Origin: Minisyncoccia bacterium
GTDB taxonomy: Bacteria > Patescibacteriota > Minisyncoccia > Phycocordibacterales > UBA9973
Assembly (NCBI GenBank): GCA_965656375.1
Contig: CBFHKH010000001.1
Coordinates: forward strand, 13,432-77,431
Direction of reading: 5' to 3'
Length of the DNA stretch: 64,000 bases
Below the pieces are notes generated by a model. That model saw only the letters and a program-made list of their open reading frames with translations. It was not told where the DNA came from and did not search any database. The position numbers were made by a program, and so were the translations under genes. Positions 40,734-49,204 of the stretch are shown piece after piece (the first letter of the stretch is position 1; every line of letters begins with the position of its first letter).

Positions 40734-41177
40734 ATGAAAAGTTTGTCTCGGAAGTTCATAACCTTTTCTCTTATAGGTATACTCAATACGCTGATCGACT
40801 TTGCGTTCTTCAATGGATGTATCTTTGTATTTGGACTGCCATATCTATGGTCATACCCACTCTATAAAGGGGTGAGCTTTACGATCGCATGTATTAACAG
40901 CTACTTTCTCAATACTCGATTTACATTTCAGGTAGAGAAAAAGACTGTCCATTCTTTTTCTTACTTTTTCCTTGCTACGATATCGGGCATGGCAATAAAT
41001 ATCTTGATTGCAACTGTTTTGTTCGCAGTGACCGAAGGGACAGGCATATCGTTATTCATACGTGCAAATGGGTCTGCTATTATTGCCACAATTGTGAGCA
41101 TGGTATGGAACTTTATTTTTTATAATTATGTTGTATTCCGTTCAAACAATAAAACAGTGGATAAAGAATCCATCTAA
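40734..41177 (+). CDS. GtrA-family small membrane protein (polyprenyl-phosphate sugar translocation, flippase-like)
   Basis: A 4-TM protein. FSLIGILNTLIDFAFFN...NSYFLNTRFTF...VWNFIFYNYVVFR matches the GtrA pattern. Confidence 0.7.
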   Translation: MKSLSRKFITFSLIGILNTLIDFAFFNGCIFVFGLPYLWSYPLYKGVSFTIACINSYFLNTRFTFQVEKKTVHSFSYFFLATISGMAINILIATVLFAVTEGTGISLFIRANGSAIIATIVSMVWNFIFYNYVVFRSNNKTVDKESI

Positions 41178-42561
41178 TCTTTTTGTCGTACTTTTTCTTG
41201 TACTGATAGGGGCACGGATTGTAGATATCTTGCGACCTGCGACACTCTGGTGGGATGCATCTGTGTATATTGGTATGGCACGATACCTGTCATCTTTTGG
41301 AGCGAACGGCCTCTGGGAATTTTTCCGCCCACCCCTTTTACCGATTATATTTTCTGTTGGAGGATTTCTTCATATTGGGCTCATTTTCTGGGCAAAGCTC
41401 GTTACATTTTTCTTTGCTGCAGGTTCACTTGTTCTACTCTATCGCATCGGTGAGCGCATTCGCCCATTCGTAGGTGTGTGTGCAAGCTTCATACTTGGGA
41501 TTGCAAGTCTATTTGTGAGCTTTACTACAGTGCCAATGACAGAGATTTCTGGTATCTTCTTCAGTCTGGTTGCACTGTATCTCTTTATCTCAAAAAGGAA
41601 TACATTTATTGTAGGAATAGGTGTTGCACTTTGTTTCCTGCTCAGATTTCCGTACGGAATTCTTTTTCCGCTATTTGGACTTTTGATACTTGTGTCTGGG
41701 ATAGTAAATCGTACTCGATTTAAAGATGTATTTGTATCTGCACTCATGTATGGCCTCGGATTTGCGCTCATCATACTACCGTATCTTATTCTCAATAGAG
41801 TGTTGTATGGAAGCTACCTTGAACCCTTTATTGTAGGCAGTCAGATGATTACAGGATCGCTCTGGCTCTATGATCAATCGGTATGGTTTTACACACAAAA
41901 GCTTTTTATAGATAATCCGATCTCACTTTTTTCTCTGGTAGCCATCGTCTCTATAGGTAAAAGAGAACTCTCAAAAGAACAGAAAATATTTCTTGTTTTC
42001 TTGTGTGCATGGGTTCTTATATTCTTGGGCTACTTTACTTCTAACCCTCACAAGGAATGGAGATATATCGCGCCAGTTCTGCCTGCGCTCGCACTCCTTG
42101 CCGGGGTTGGTCTCTTCTATTCATATCGTTTTTTGAACAAAATCTTTTTCATTCTCGTAGTTCTTGCGATGTCAGTCTACGCGTTCTCACATACGACTAT
42201 CTACACCGCTACAAAAGTAGAATCAGGTGCCTATAGAGAATTCTATAACTTTCTAAAGACAGAACGAAATGCTACGGTTATATCGGATTCTCCGATCATT
42301 ACTGCATACTCGCCAGTCCGTATTATACCTGCATATGATACGTGGGAGAATTTCCACCGTGTTTATAGCGAGAGCAGAGACAAAGCTGACTATATCCTGA
42401 TCAATACATGCGAGCTTCATGTTTGTGTTCCGGGGAAAGAAAAGGAGTGTGAAGCAAAGAGATTAAATACCCTAAACGAGATAGAAAAAAGAGAATCCAT
42501 CATCTACGACAAGACCGAGATGAGTTGTCGCCTTATTATTAGTAAGATTAACAAGCAGTAG
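41128..42561 (+). CDS. Polytopic GT-C-type glycosyltransferase-like membrane protein (ArnT/PMT/GtrC-like), about 11 TM plus a C-terminal soluble domain
   Basis: Overlaps the GtrA-like gene by 50 nt. Multiple TM helices carry conserved Asp/Arg in the first loops (WWDASVYIGMARYL). It sits between GtrA-like and GtrB-like genes. Confidence 0.5.
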   Translation: MLYSVQTIKQWIKNPSNLFVVLFLVLIGARIVDILRPATLWWDASVYIGMARYLSSFGANGLWEFFRPPLLPIIFSVGGFLHIGLIFWAKLVTFFFAAGSLVLLYRIGERIRPFVGVCASFILGIASLFVSFTTVPMTEISGIFFSLVALYLFISKRNTFIVGIGVALCFLLRFPYGILFPLFGLLILVSGIVNRTRFKDVFVSALMYGLGFALIILPYLILNRVLYGSYLEPFIVGSQMITGSLWLYDQSVWFYTQKLFIDNPISLFSLVAIVSIGKRELSKEQKIFLVFLCAWVLIFLGYFTSNPHKEWRYIAPVLPALALLAGVGLFYSYRFLNKIFFILVVLAMSVYAFSHTTIYTATKVESGAYREFYNFLKTERNATVISDSPIITAYSPVRIIPAYDTWENFHRVYSESRDKADYILINTCELHVCVPGKEKECEAKRLNTLNEIEKRESIIYDKTEMSCRLIISKINKQ

Positions 42562-42562
42562 C

Positions 42563-43297
42563 ATGGATATAAGCATCATCATTCCTGCATATAATGAAGA
42601 GAAGCGAATCAAAAAGACGCTTGATGCTGTTTCAAGCTTTCTCCGTACAAGGAACATGGCATTTGAAATAATTGTTGTTGCCAATAACTGTACTGATAAC
42701 ACCGTTTCGCTTCTTGAGAATCTTAAAGAAAGCTCAATTCCAGAACTTGTAATTATAAACATTCCTCATGAAGGTATAGTCGGAAATACAAAAGGCTACG
42801 CTGTCGAAGTGGGCATGAGAGCTGCCAGGGGAGCATGGCATCTTTTTATTGACGCTGATAATGCGACTCGGTTTACAGAAGTACTTGAGTTTCTGAAATA
42901 TGGTTGTGGTGGATACGATGTGATTATCGGCTCGCGGTATATTTCCGGGGCTCATGTAGTAAAGAAACAGCCACTGTATCGTATTATATTGTCGCGTGTG
43001 AGCAACCTTTTGATTCGCCTCGTTCTTCTTCCTGGTATCTACGATACACAGTGTGGATTTAAAATGTTCCGAAAAGATGTGTCAGAAAAGATTTTTTCCC
43101 GTACGACCATCGAGGGTTGGGGAGCAGATCTCGAAATGCTTGCAATCGCTCGAGTATGGAAATTCAAGATAAAAGAAGCTCCGGTCTATTGGGAGGCGCA
43201 AGATGAATCTACCGTACGGTCACATGCCTTCTTCTATACACTCAAGGAGTTATTTGTTATACGTCATCGTGTACTGAAAGGGGATTATAAAAGATAA
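42563..43297 (+). CDS. Family-2 glycosyltransferase, polyprenyl-phosphate sugar synthase type (GtrB/DPM1-like)
   Basis: Motifs ISIIIPAYNEE, FIDADNAT and GSRY are present. Confidence 0.8.
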   Translation: MDISIIIPAYNEEKRIKKTLDAVSSFLRTRNMAFEIIVVANNCTDNTVSLLENLKESSIPELVIINIPHEGIVGNTKGYAVEVGMRAARGAWHLFIDADNATRFTEVLEFLKYGCGGYDVIIGSRYISGAHVVKKQPLYRIILSRVSNLLIRLVLLPGIYDTQCGFKMFRKDVSEKIFSRTTIEGWGADLEMLAIARVWKFKIKEAPVYWEAQDESTVRSHAFFYTLKELFVIRHRVLKGDYKR

Positions 43298-43338
43298 AAC
43301 AAAACACTCACATCTAAATGTGAGTGTTTTGTTTTATC

Positions 43339-43413
43339 TGGAGCCGCTTCTCAGACTCGAACTGAGGACCTTCGCTTTACAAAAGCGTTGCTCTACCAAC
43401 TGAGCTAAAGCGG
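43339..43413 (-). tRNA. tRNA-Thr (anticodon UGU)
   Basis: The reverse complement folds as a cloverleaf. The acceptor stem is GCCGCTT / AAGCGGC. The D arm is GCTC-AGTTGGTA-GAGC. The anticodon loop is TTTGTAA. The T arm is CTCAG-TTCGAGT-CTGAG. The discriminator is T and CCA is encoded. Confidence 0.85.
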
Positions 43414-43462
43414 CAATATAATATCTATCCTAACACCTTGTCTAAATTTACCAAAGCCGACG

Positions 43463-43512
43463 ATTCTGTCGGCTCCCCGACTGTACCTGCGTCGGGGCTG
43501 AGCTAAAGCGGC
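43463..43512. repeat. Composite intergenic repeat: one arm of the rpsB-leader palindrome (ccgacgattctgtcgg), a 7-bp hairpin (ccccgac-N9-gtcgggg), and an exact 15-nt copy of the tRNA-Thr 5' end (gccgctttagctcag on the - strand)
   Basis: The 29-nt stretch at 43461-43489 is the exact reverse complement of 45694-45722. The string gagctaaagcggc recurs at 43498-43510 and at 43401-43413. Confidence 0.55.
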
Positions 43513-43522
43513 GTATATGATT

Positions 43523-43948
43523 TTATACCTGTTCTTCTGTCTTTTGGGTTTCCTGCCCATGCTCTCGTTTTACTCGTTCCTTTATCCTTTTGATCTTCGC
43601 TTTTGACTCTATTACAGTACGCTTTACGAATGAAGGGGATCGAGGTTCTGTACTAGGCGTATTCGTTTTAAACAAAGAATGTGCCTTTGGCCATTTTCCA
43701 ACAATCCATTTCTTAGCCTTTGTTGTCAGTATGAACCAGTACTTTGCACAGGTAAGGACTATTCCTTGTACGATGTGCTTCGTCAAATATAGCATACTTT
43801 TTTCTACCTGTCTAAAGGACACTTCAGGTGTTCGCCTTTCTGTTCTTTCGGGTACGATACGGTTGGTCCGTATCTCCCATGCACGAAAGGCGAGCATCCC
43901 AAATGCAAAAATTATAGCTATAAAGAAAATAATGAAAGTGATGATCAT
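43523..43948 (-). CDS. Hypothetical membrane-anchored basic protein, co-transcribed downstream of tsf
   Basis: There is an N-terminal TM (IITFIIFFIAIIFAFGMLAF) and a Lys/Arg/Glu-rich C-terminus. The start is 2 nt after the tsf stop. Confidence 0.45.
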   Translation of the reverse strand: MIITFIIFFIAIIFAFGMLAFRAWEIRTNRIVPERTERRTPEVSFRQVEKSMLYLTKHIVQGIVLTCAKYWFILTTKAKKWIVGKWPKAHSLFKTNTPSTEPRSPSFVKRTVIESKAKIKRIKERVKREHGQETQKTEEQV

Positions 43949-43950
43949 GA

Positions 43951-44733
43951 TTACCCGATAGACTCACGAACAAATTGTACCAATGTTGCACCCTTTCCTG
44001 CAAGGAGAGCACTGATTGTGAGGTCAGGGTTTTTGATGAATGGCTGATCCATAAGAGTCTGCTCTTTGAAGTATGTAGTAATTTTACCTTCAAGCATTTT
44101 CTTTTTGATGTCTTCTGGTTTGTCAGATTCTGCTACTTCTTTCTCGAATACTTCAGTAACCTTTGCCTTGTCTTCTTCCTTGATATCCTCACGAGTCGTG
44201 AATACTGGCTTCATTGCAGCGATATGCATTGCTACATCTTTTGCAAGCTCCTGTGTTCCACCTTTGAGGGATACAACGACCGCAGCCTTTCCAGAGTGAA
44301 CGTATGCACCTACTGTTTCGCCAGTTATTTCTTCGACGCGACCGAGTTCGATTTTCTCACCGACTTTCTGTACAACTCCATTTATCATATCAGTTGATTT
44401 TTCCTTCATAGCGTCTATACCATCTACAAGAGCAATCTGTGCGAGCTCATTTGCAAGTGTAGTGAAGTCTTCATTCTTTGCGACGAAGTCAGTCTCAGAG
44501 TGAAGGACGAGGATAACTGTCTTGCCTGATCCTTCTGCTACGACGATAGTGCCATCATGAGCATCGCGGTCTGCCTTTTTCATTGCGATTGAGCTTGATT
44601 TCTTCTTGAGGATGATAAGTGCCTTTTCCATATCGCCACCTGCTTCTTCGAGGGCATTACGACATTGCATGACGGAAACGCCAGTGCTATCTCTTAATTC
44701 TTTTACCAATTGTGCGGTTATTTGTATAGACAT
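43951..44733 (-). CDS. tsf: Elongation factor Ts
   Basis: The UBA-like N-terminus ITAQLVKELRDSTGVSVMQCRNALEEAGGDMEKA is present. It lies downstream of rpsB. Confidence 0.9.
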   Translation of the reverse strand: MSIQITAQLVKELRDSTGVSVMQCRNALEEAGGDMEKALIILKKKSSSIAMKKADRDAHDGTIVVAEGSGKTVILVLHSETDFVAKNEDFTTLANELAQIALVDGIDAMKEKSTDMINGVVQKVGEKIELGRVEEITGETVGAYVHSGKAAVVVSLKGGTQELAKDVAMHIAAMKPVFTTREDIKEEDKAKVTEVFEKEVAESDKPEDIKKKMLEGKITTYFKEQTLMDQPFIKNPDLTISALLAGKGATLVQFVRESIG

Positions 44734-44742
44734 ATTTTTTAG

Positions 44743-44840
44743 TTACGCTTCTTGAATTATATTCTTTCCTCGGGTCCTCGGGTAAAGTCACCAGACCGGC
44801 TCGGAAATAAAATAATTCAAGAAGCTTTTTGTGAGCGTAA
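44743..44840 (-). promoter_or_regulatory. Long imperfect stem-loop in the rpsB-tsf intergenic region
   Basis: A 14-bp perfect stem, gcttcttgaattat (44747-44760) / ataattcaagaagc (44812-44825), can be extended by ttacgc / gcgtaa. The roughly 50-nt loop contains cctcggg twice and ccggctcgg. Confidence 0.3.
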
Positions 44841-44969
44841 CGAATTCTTTTATGAAAAATAGTCTGGCCTCGTTTCTTTTTGAATTTAGCACGAGGAGAT
44901 CCGAGGACTTTTTTCAGAATAGAATTCGTGGAGCGTACTTGATTAAATATAATGGAAAACGTTTAGAAT

Positions 44970-45668
44970 TTATTTCTTATCTCCAGCTGTTCCGCTTCGG
45001 TACGCGTCTTTAACAGCGTTGAGGAAGAATGAAATGCTTGATACTGATGCGTCGTTTGCAATGATAGGGAACTCAACCTGCTTGATATTGCAGTCTGTAT
45101 TGAGGACGCCGATAACAGGCAAATTCATCTTGTGAGCTTCGGTAACAGCAATGTGCTCTTTCTTTGGATCGATTACGAACATAACGTCCGGAGTGCGAGT
45201 GATTCCTGTAAGTCCCTGGAAGTTCTTTGTCATGTCATCCATCTCACGATCAATGAGAAGGCGTTCTTTCTTCGTATATTTATCGAGACCACCTTTTTCT
45301 TTCTGATCGCGGAGGTCGAGAAGCTTTGTAATGCGCTTCTTTATTTCTGGGAAATTTGTAAGTGATCCTCCAACCCAGCGCTCTCCGACATATGGCATGC
45401 CGAGTGCAAGTGCAGTTTCGATGATCTGCTGGCGAGCCTCTGCTTTTGTTCCGACAAAGAGGATCACTTTTCCTGTACTTGCAAGACGGGTGACTTCTTC
45501 GATGGCTTTTTCAAAAAGTTCGTAGCTCTTTTCAATATTTATAATATCAACGCCGTTTTTCGTTGCGAAAATGTACGGTGTTGTTGATGGATGGCGTCGG
45601 CTCTTTGAGTAGCCGTAGTGCGCACCATTCTTGAACATCTCTTCCACGTGTGTTTGTTGTGTACTCAT
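44970..45668 (-). CDS. rpsB: 30S ribosomal protein S2
   Basis: MLEAGVHFGHQ-like N-terminus (FKNGAHYGYS) and conserved core (ILFVGTKAEA...PYVGERWVGG) are present. Confidence 0.92.
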   Translation of the reverse strand: MSTQQTHVEEMFKNGAHYGYSKSRRHPSTTPYIFATKNGVDIINIEKSYELFEKAIEEVTRLASTGKVILFVGTKAEARQQIIETALALGMPYVGERWVGGSLTNFPEIKKRITKLLDLRDQKEKGGLDKYTKKERLLIDREMDDMTKNFQGLTGITRTPDVMFVIDPKKEHIAVTEAHKMNLPVIGVLNTDCNIKQVEFPIIANDASVSSISFFLNAVKDAYRSGTAGDKK

Positions 45669-45683
45669 ATTCTCTGTGCCCCG

Positions 45684-45719
45684 ACGATTCTGTCGGGGAG
45701 CCGACAGAATCGTCGGCTT
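45684..45719. repeat. Perfect 16-bp palindrome, ccgacgattctgtcgg-ggag-ccgacagaatcgtcgg, in the rpsB 5' leader. It is 15 nt upstream of the rpsB start codon on the - strand.
   Basis: Read directly from the sequence. One arm plus flank recurs in inverted orientation at 43461-43489. Confidence 0.6.
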
Positions 45720-45924
45720 TAATTATAATATCCTGCTTTCGATGCAGGTGTTCCGTTTTTAAGCATTCCAGCTTATCTACAAGGTCCTTTTTAATAAAAA
45801 ACTTCTGCCTTATCGGCAGACAGGCCTCACGGAACGTAGGACCATAATACCAGAAAAACCATTATTCTGCAAGTCTTTATTTTATTCAGTTTTTTGACCT
45901 AAAGGCTTTTTTAGAGTAGTATAA

Positions 45925-47379
45925 ATGGTACCTATGGAACAATCTAAATTCGAAGATAAAAAGATCACAACTCGTGCCGAAGACTACAATCAATGGTATT
46001 TAGATGTTATAGAACAAGCTTCGCTTGCTGAAAATGCACCTGTAAAAGGCTGTATGATCATCAAGCCCTATGGATACGCTCTGTGGGAGAAAACTCAAAA
46101 AATCCTCGATGAAAAATTCAAAGAAACTGGAGTAGAAAATGCATATTTCCCGATGCTCATTCCTGAGCGGCTGCTTAAGAGAGAGGAAAATCACGTAGAA
46201 GGGTTTGCGCCAGAAGTTGCAGTCGTTACGCATGCAGGAGGCAAGAAGCTTGAAGAGCCGCTCGTCGTTCGTCCAACATCCGAGACGATTATGTACGAAG
46301 TATTTTCAAAATGGATTCATTCTCATCGTGATTTACCGCTTTTGGTAAATCAATGGGCGAACGTTGTCAGATGGGAGATGCGAACACGACTATTCCTCCG
46401 CACTACAGAATTTCTCTGGCAGGAAGGTCATACAGTGCATGCAACAGAAAAAGAAGCTGACCATAGAGCTCGAATGATGCTTGAGGTATACAAAGATTTT
46501 GCTGAAAATTACATGGCAATCCCAGTTGTTCCTGGTCAAAAATCAGAATCAGAAAAGTTTGCAGGAGCACTCACTACATATACGATTGAAGCAATGATGC
46601 AAGATGGAAAGGCTCTTCAGTTTTCAACGTCTCACAATCTTGGACAGAATTTTGCGAAAGCATTTGATGTGAGTTTTCTAGATGAAGAGAGTAAGAGTCA
46701 GTTCGGTTGGCAGACAAGCTGGGGCCTCTCTACTCGCACAATCGGAGGACTCATCATGACTCACAGTGATGACAAGGGCCTCGTGCTTCCTCCTCGCATT
46801 GCGTCTATCCAAGTCGTCATTATACCGATCATACCGAAAGAATGGGACACAGAGCTTGTCATGGAAGAATCAAAATCTCTATTCAATAATCTTAAATCTG
46901 CGCATATTTCAACAAAACTTGATGATCGAGATTTTCGCCCAGGTGAAAAATTCTATGAATGGGAGAAAAAAGGCGTTCCGCTTCGAATCGAGATCGGTCC
47001 GAAAGATATTGCCAATAGTAGTGTTGTGATTGCACGTCGCGATACAGGAGAAAAGAAAACAGTGCCTCTCTCAGAATTAGTAGAGACGGCACAAAGTATG
47101 CTTGATGCGATACAGGAGAATCTGTATTCTCAAGCGTTATCTCGCCGATTAGAAAATACTGTATCGGTTGATACATGGGAGCAGTTTACCGAAGCAATAG
47201 AAGCAGGGAAGTTTGTCCTCGCGCACTGGTCAGGGGAAAAAGAAGTAGAAAGTGAGATAAAAGAAGAAACAAAAGCCACTATTCGCTGTATTCCGTTTGA
47301 TCAAAAGAAAGAAGAGGGTGTCTGTATTAAATCAGGCAAGCCGTCAGAGGGTCGCGTTCTGTTTGCAAAAGCGTATTAA
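45925..47379 (+). CDS. proS: Prolyl-tRNA synthetase, archaeal/eukaryotic-type class II with a C-terminal Zn-binding domain
   Basis: The class II motifs [10 protein letters not shown]...VVRPTSE and [17 protein letters not shown] are present. There is an anticodon-binding domain and a C-terminal CIPFD...C segment. Confidence 0.9.
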   Translation: MVPMEQSKFEDKKITTRAEDYNQWYLDVIEQASLAENAPVKGCMIIKPYGYALWEKTQKILDEKFKETGVENAYFPMLIPERLLKREENHVEGFAPEVAVVTHAGGKKLEEPLVVRPTSETIMYEVFSKWIHSHRDLPLLVNQWANVVRWEMRTRLFLRTTEFLWQEGHTVHATEKEADHRARMMLEVYKDFAENYMAIPVVPGQKSESEKFAGALTTYTIEAMMQDGKALQFSTSHNLGQNFAKAFDVSFLDEESKSQFGWQTSWGLSTRTIGGLIMTHSDDKGLVLPPRIASIQVVIIPIIPKEWDTELVMEESKSLFNNLKSAHISTKLDDRDFRPGEKFYEWEKKGVPLRIEIGPKDIANSSVVIARRDTGEKKTVPLSELVETAQSMLDAIQENLYSQALSRRLENTVSVDTWEQFTEAIEAGKFVLAHWSGEKEVESEIKEETKATIRCIPFDQKKEEGVCIKSGKPSEGRVLFAKAY

Positions 47380-47383
47380 ACAT

Positions 47384-48430
47384 ATGTTCAAGAAATTCTA
47401 CAACTCATTTTCCAATGATATCGGCATTGATCTCGGCACGGCAAATACGCTCGTGTATTTGAAAGGGCACGGTATCGTGATCAACGAACCGTCTGTTGTT
47501 GTCGTTAATCAGAAGACTGGGCAAATTGTCGCAGTCGGCGCTGAAGCAAAAGAAATGCTTGGCCGTACGCCGGGCCATGTGCGCGCAGTGCGACCGGTTG
47601 TTGATGGAGTTATTTCGGATTTTGAAGTAACCGAAGAAATGCTTTCATATCTCATCAGCAAAGCAGAAAAGATCTCAAAGAAATTCATTCGTCCTCGTGT
47701 TCTCGTCGGTGTACCGACAGGTATTACAAATGTCGAGATTCGCGCTGTCGAAGATGCTGCTCGTTCTGCAGGTGCACGTGAAGTGTATATCGTCGAAGAA
47801 CCAATGTCTGCTGCTGTCGGTATTCGTATGCCAGTCAAAGATGCTGTCGGATCTGTGATCGTGGATATTGGCGGAGGTACGACTGATATCGCAGTCATCT
47901 CACTCTCTGGTGTCGTTAGATCAAAGAATCTCAAGATTGCTGGTGATCTTCTCAATACAAATATCGTTAACTACATGAAAGATGAATTTAAACTCCTAAT
48001 CGGGGAGAGAACCGCCGAGAATGTAAAGATTGCCATCGGGTCTGTTGTTGAGACTGAACCTATGGAAGCCGAAGTGCGTGGACGCGATCTTGTAACTGGC
48101 CTGCCTCGCCAAGTTGTTATCACGGACTCGGACATTCGCGAAGCAATCATGCCTTCTGTTATTGGACTTGTAGATGGCATCAAAGAAGTCCTCGAAACAA
48201 CGCCACCAGAGCTTCTCTCTGACATAATGCATCGTGGGCTCGTTCTCTCGGGGGGCGGAGCATTATTGAAAGGCCTCAATACTCTTTTGGGGAGTGCACT
48301 TAAGATTCCTATTTACATAGCCGAAGATCCTCTGACTGCAGTTGCTCGGGGAACAGGAGTCATACTCGATGACTTTGAATCATTCAGAGAAGTTTTAGTA
48401 AACACCGATGATACATCAGTTCCGCGATAA
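47384..48430 (+). CDS. mreB: Rod-shape determining actin homolog MreB
   Basis: Start assigned at the internal ATG, which gives MFKKF...IGIDLGTANTLVY. Phosphate-1/2 and adenosine motifs are present (VIVDIGGGTTDIAVIS, LSGGGALLKGL). Confidence 0.88.
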   Translation: MFKKFYNSFSNDIGIDLGTANTLVYLKGHGIVINEPSVVVVNQKTGQIVAVGAEAKEMLGRTPGHVRAVRPVVDGVISDFEVTEEMLSYLISKAEKISKKFIRPRVLVGVPTGITNVEIRAVEDAARSAGAREVYIVEEPMSAAVGIRMPVKDAVGSVIVDIGGGTTDIAVISLSGVVRSKNLKIAGDLLNTNIVNYMKDEFKLLIGERTAENVKIAIGSVVETEPMEAEVRGRDLVTGLPRQVVITDSDIREAIMPSVIGLVDGIKEVLETTPPELLSDIMHRGLVLSGGGALLKGLNTLLGSALKIPIYIAEDPLTAVARGTGVILDDFESFREVLVNTDDTSVPR

Positions 48431-49202
48431 AAAACAAAGAGCGCAGCGTAGAAGTACAATAAAGACCATAGTTGTTTGTGGAGTAATTTTACTGTTATCA
48501 GGTCTTGGTGTCCTCGCATGGTCTGGAAAGATTTTCATTTTCCTCGGTAGGCCTCTTTGGAAAGTAGAGAATACTATTACGAGTAGCGTCGAAAGTGGCG
48601 GGTATCTTGTGCGAACAAAGTCATCAGTTTGGAATGAAAACGAAACTCTCAAAAAGGAAAATGAAGAGCTTAGGCTTTCATTGATAGATCACGATGTCTT
48701 GAAAACAGAGAATACAGAACTTAAAGAGTTACTCGGTCGTATCCCAGTCAAAGGTGAATTCATACTTGCAAGCATTCTTACAAGACCGAATCGTTCTCCA
48801 TATGACACTATTATCATCGACGGTGGGGCACGTGCAGGTATGACTCTAGGTGCTCATGTGTATGCGAATGCCGATGTGCCTATCGGAGAAGTGAGTCGAG
48901 TGTACGCTGATTCCGCGCTTGTGATGCTGTATTCAAATCCGGGTCAGACTACTGAAGGGCTTCTTGATGGATCAAATGCGACGGTGGAGCTCGTTGGTCG
49001 TGGCGGAGGTAATTTTGAAATGATGATTCCTGTAGAACTTGCATCCGAGACTGGTACAGGAGTTGTGCTTCCCGGCGTCAAACCAGAGATCATCGCGCTT
49101 ATCGATGCAGTAATTTCACTTCCCACTGATCCTATGAAAAAAGTTATCCTTCACTCTCCAGTAAACATCCAAGGCCTCAAATGGGTACAAGTGAAGAAGT
49201 AG
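48408..49202 (+). CDS. mreC: Rod-shape determining protein MreC
   Basis: There is an N-terminal TM and a coiled-coil (ENEELRLSL...ENTELKELL). The beta-rich C-terminus and position after mreB fit MreC. Confidence 0.75.
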   Translation: MIHQFRDKKQRAQRRSTIKTIVVCGVILLLSGLGVLAWSGKIFIFLGRPLWKVENTITSSVESGGYLVRTKSSVWNENETLKKENEELRLSLIDHDVLKTENTELKELLGRIPVKGEFILASILTRPNRSPYDTIIIDGGARAGMTLGAHVYANADVPIGEVSRVYADSALVMLYSNPGQTTEGLLDGSNATVELVGRGGGNFEMMIPVELASETGTGVVLPGVKPEIIALIDAVISLPTDPMKKVILHSPVNIQGLKWVQVKK

Positions 49203-49204
49203 CG

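Noticed and set aside
41250-41795. Small overlapping ORFs within the GT-C gene region
   Set aside because: They are embedded in or antisense to a continuous 477-aa membrane-protein ORF with a coherent TM pattern.
43459-45722. Inverted repeats flanking a 2.3 kb segment, suggesting a transposon or invertible element
   Set aside because: The enclosed genes are rpsB, tsf and a small membrane protein. There is no transposase or recombinase. It is more consistent with a palindromic repeat family or leader structure.
45723-45924. T-box-like or ribosomal-leader RNA upstream of proS and rpsB, suggested by the hairpin ctgcc-ttatc-ggcag
   Set aside because: There is a short hairpin only. No specifier or antiterminator architecture is discernible by eye. 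It would need a covariance-model search.
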